A program made the translations under genes and the position numbers. A stretch of DNA of 7,873 nt from the NCBI GenBank assembly GCA_000388065.2, contig KB932212.1. One strand, given 5' to 3'. This DNA is from Fonticula alba ATCC 38817 (lineage: Eukaryota > Protista > Nucleariida). Shown here piece after piece: positions 7,428 to 7,873 of the stretch. The notes below the pieces were generated by a model that made no database searches, was not told the DNA's origin, and was given only the letters and a program-made list of their open reading frames with translations. The stretch's first letter is position 1. Each line of letters opens with the position of its first letter.

Positions 7428-7873
7428 CGGTAGCCGGCATCCAGCTTCTGCAGCTCGGCGAAGGTGTAGGTGTTGACCTTGCCCTTGCCGTTGGTCACCG
7501 AGTCGACCGAGGCATCATGGAAGACCACCAGCACACCGTCCTTGGTCCGGCGGAGGTCCATCTCGTTGCAGTCGCAGCCGAGGTCCACGCAGGACTGGAA
7601 GGCCTGCAGGGTGTTCTGCGGGTAGTCCCAGCTGTTGCCACGGTGGCCGAGAATCCAGCGGTTGGCGTTGTTGATGTCAGGCAGGACATACTCCTCGTCC
7701 TCCTGCTCGTGGTGGTCGTCGTCGTCGTCGTTGTTGGCCGGCTCCTCGTCCGCCTCGTCCTGGACGAAGTCCGGCAGTTCGCCCTCGAAGTCGATCGGCA
7801 GCTTGATCCGGCGCCGGGGGGGGATGGCCTCCTCCTCCTCCTCCGCCGCGTCCTCCTCGCCATGGCCAGGGGA
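7428..7873 (-). CDS. Glycerophosphodiester phosphodiesterase, 5'-partial exon (acidic repeat extension plus catalytic N-terminal half)
   Basis: Open from the window edge: SPGHGEEDAAEEEEEAIPPRRRIKLPIDFEGELPDFVQDEADEE...WILGHRGNSWDYPQNTLQAFQSCVDLGCDCNEMDLRRTKDGVLVVFHDASVDSVTNGKGKVNTYTFAELQKLDAGY. Contains the HRG, E-x-D, TKDG and HD GDPD motifs; donor cg|gtgcgt. No start codon located. Confidence 0.95.

Overview
GC-rich, intron-containing eukaryotic genomic scaffold (probably a protist; organism not identifiable from sequence alone), with four N gaps (1,924 of 7,873 nt). It holds two recognisable convergent genes. On +, translation initiation factor eIF3 subunit g (zinc knuckle plus RRM; reconstructed as exons 321-322, 453-511, 629-777, 4410-5054, giving 284 aa). 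On -, a 5'-partial glycerophosphodiester phosphodiesterase (exons 7428->7873, 7012-7126, 6245-6673) with an acidic, repeat-containing N-terminal extension. A weakly supported unknown minus-strand gene lies at about 1400-2860. The first contig (1-860) appears misplaced or chimeric: 154-183 is identical to 3593-3622 (left edge of the 751-N gap), and 1-158 carries more copies of the GDPD N-terminal repeat seen at the right end. Best observations: an eIF3g start codon apparently split by an intron (AT|G), a 20-aa peptide repeated at least three times upstream of a bacterial-like GDPD domain, a head-to-tail junction, and uniform GTnCGy splice donors. No RNA gene, CRISPR array or mobile element is supported, and I found no clearly novel multi-gene system.
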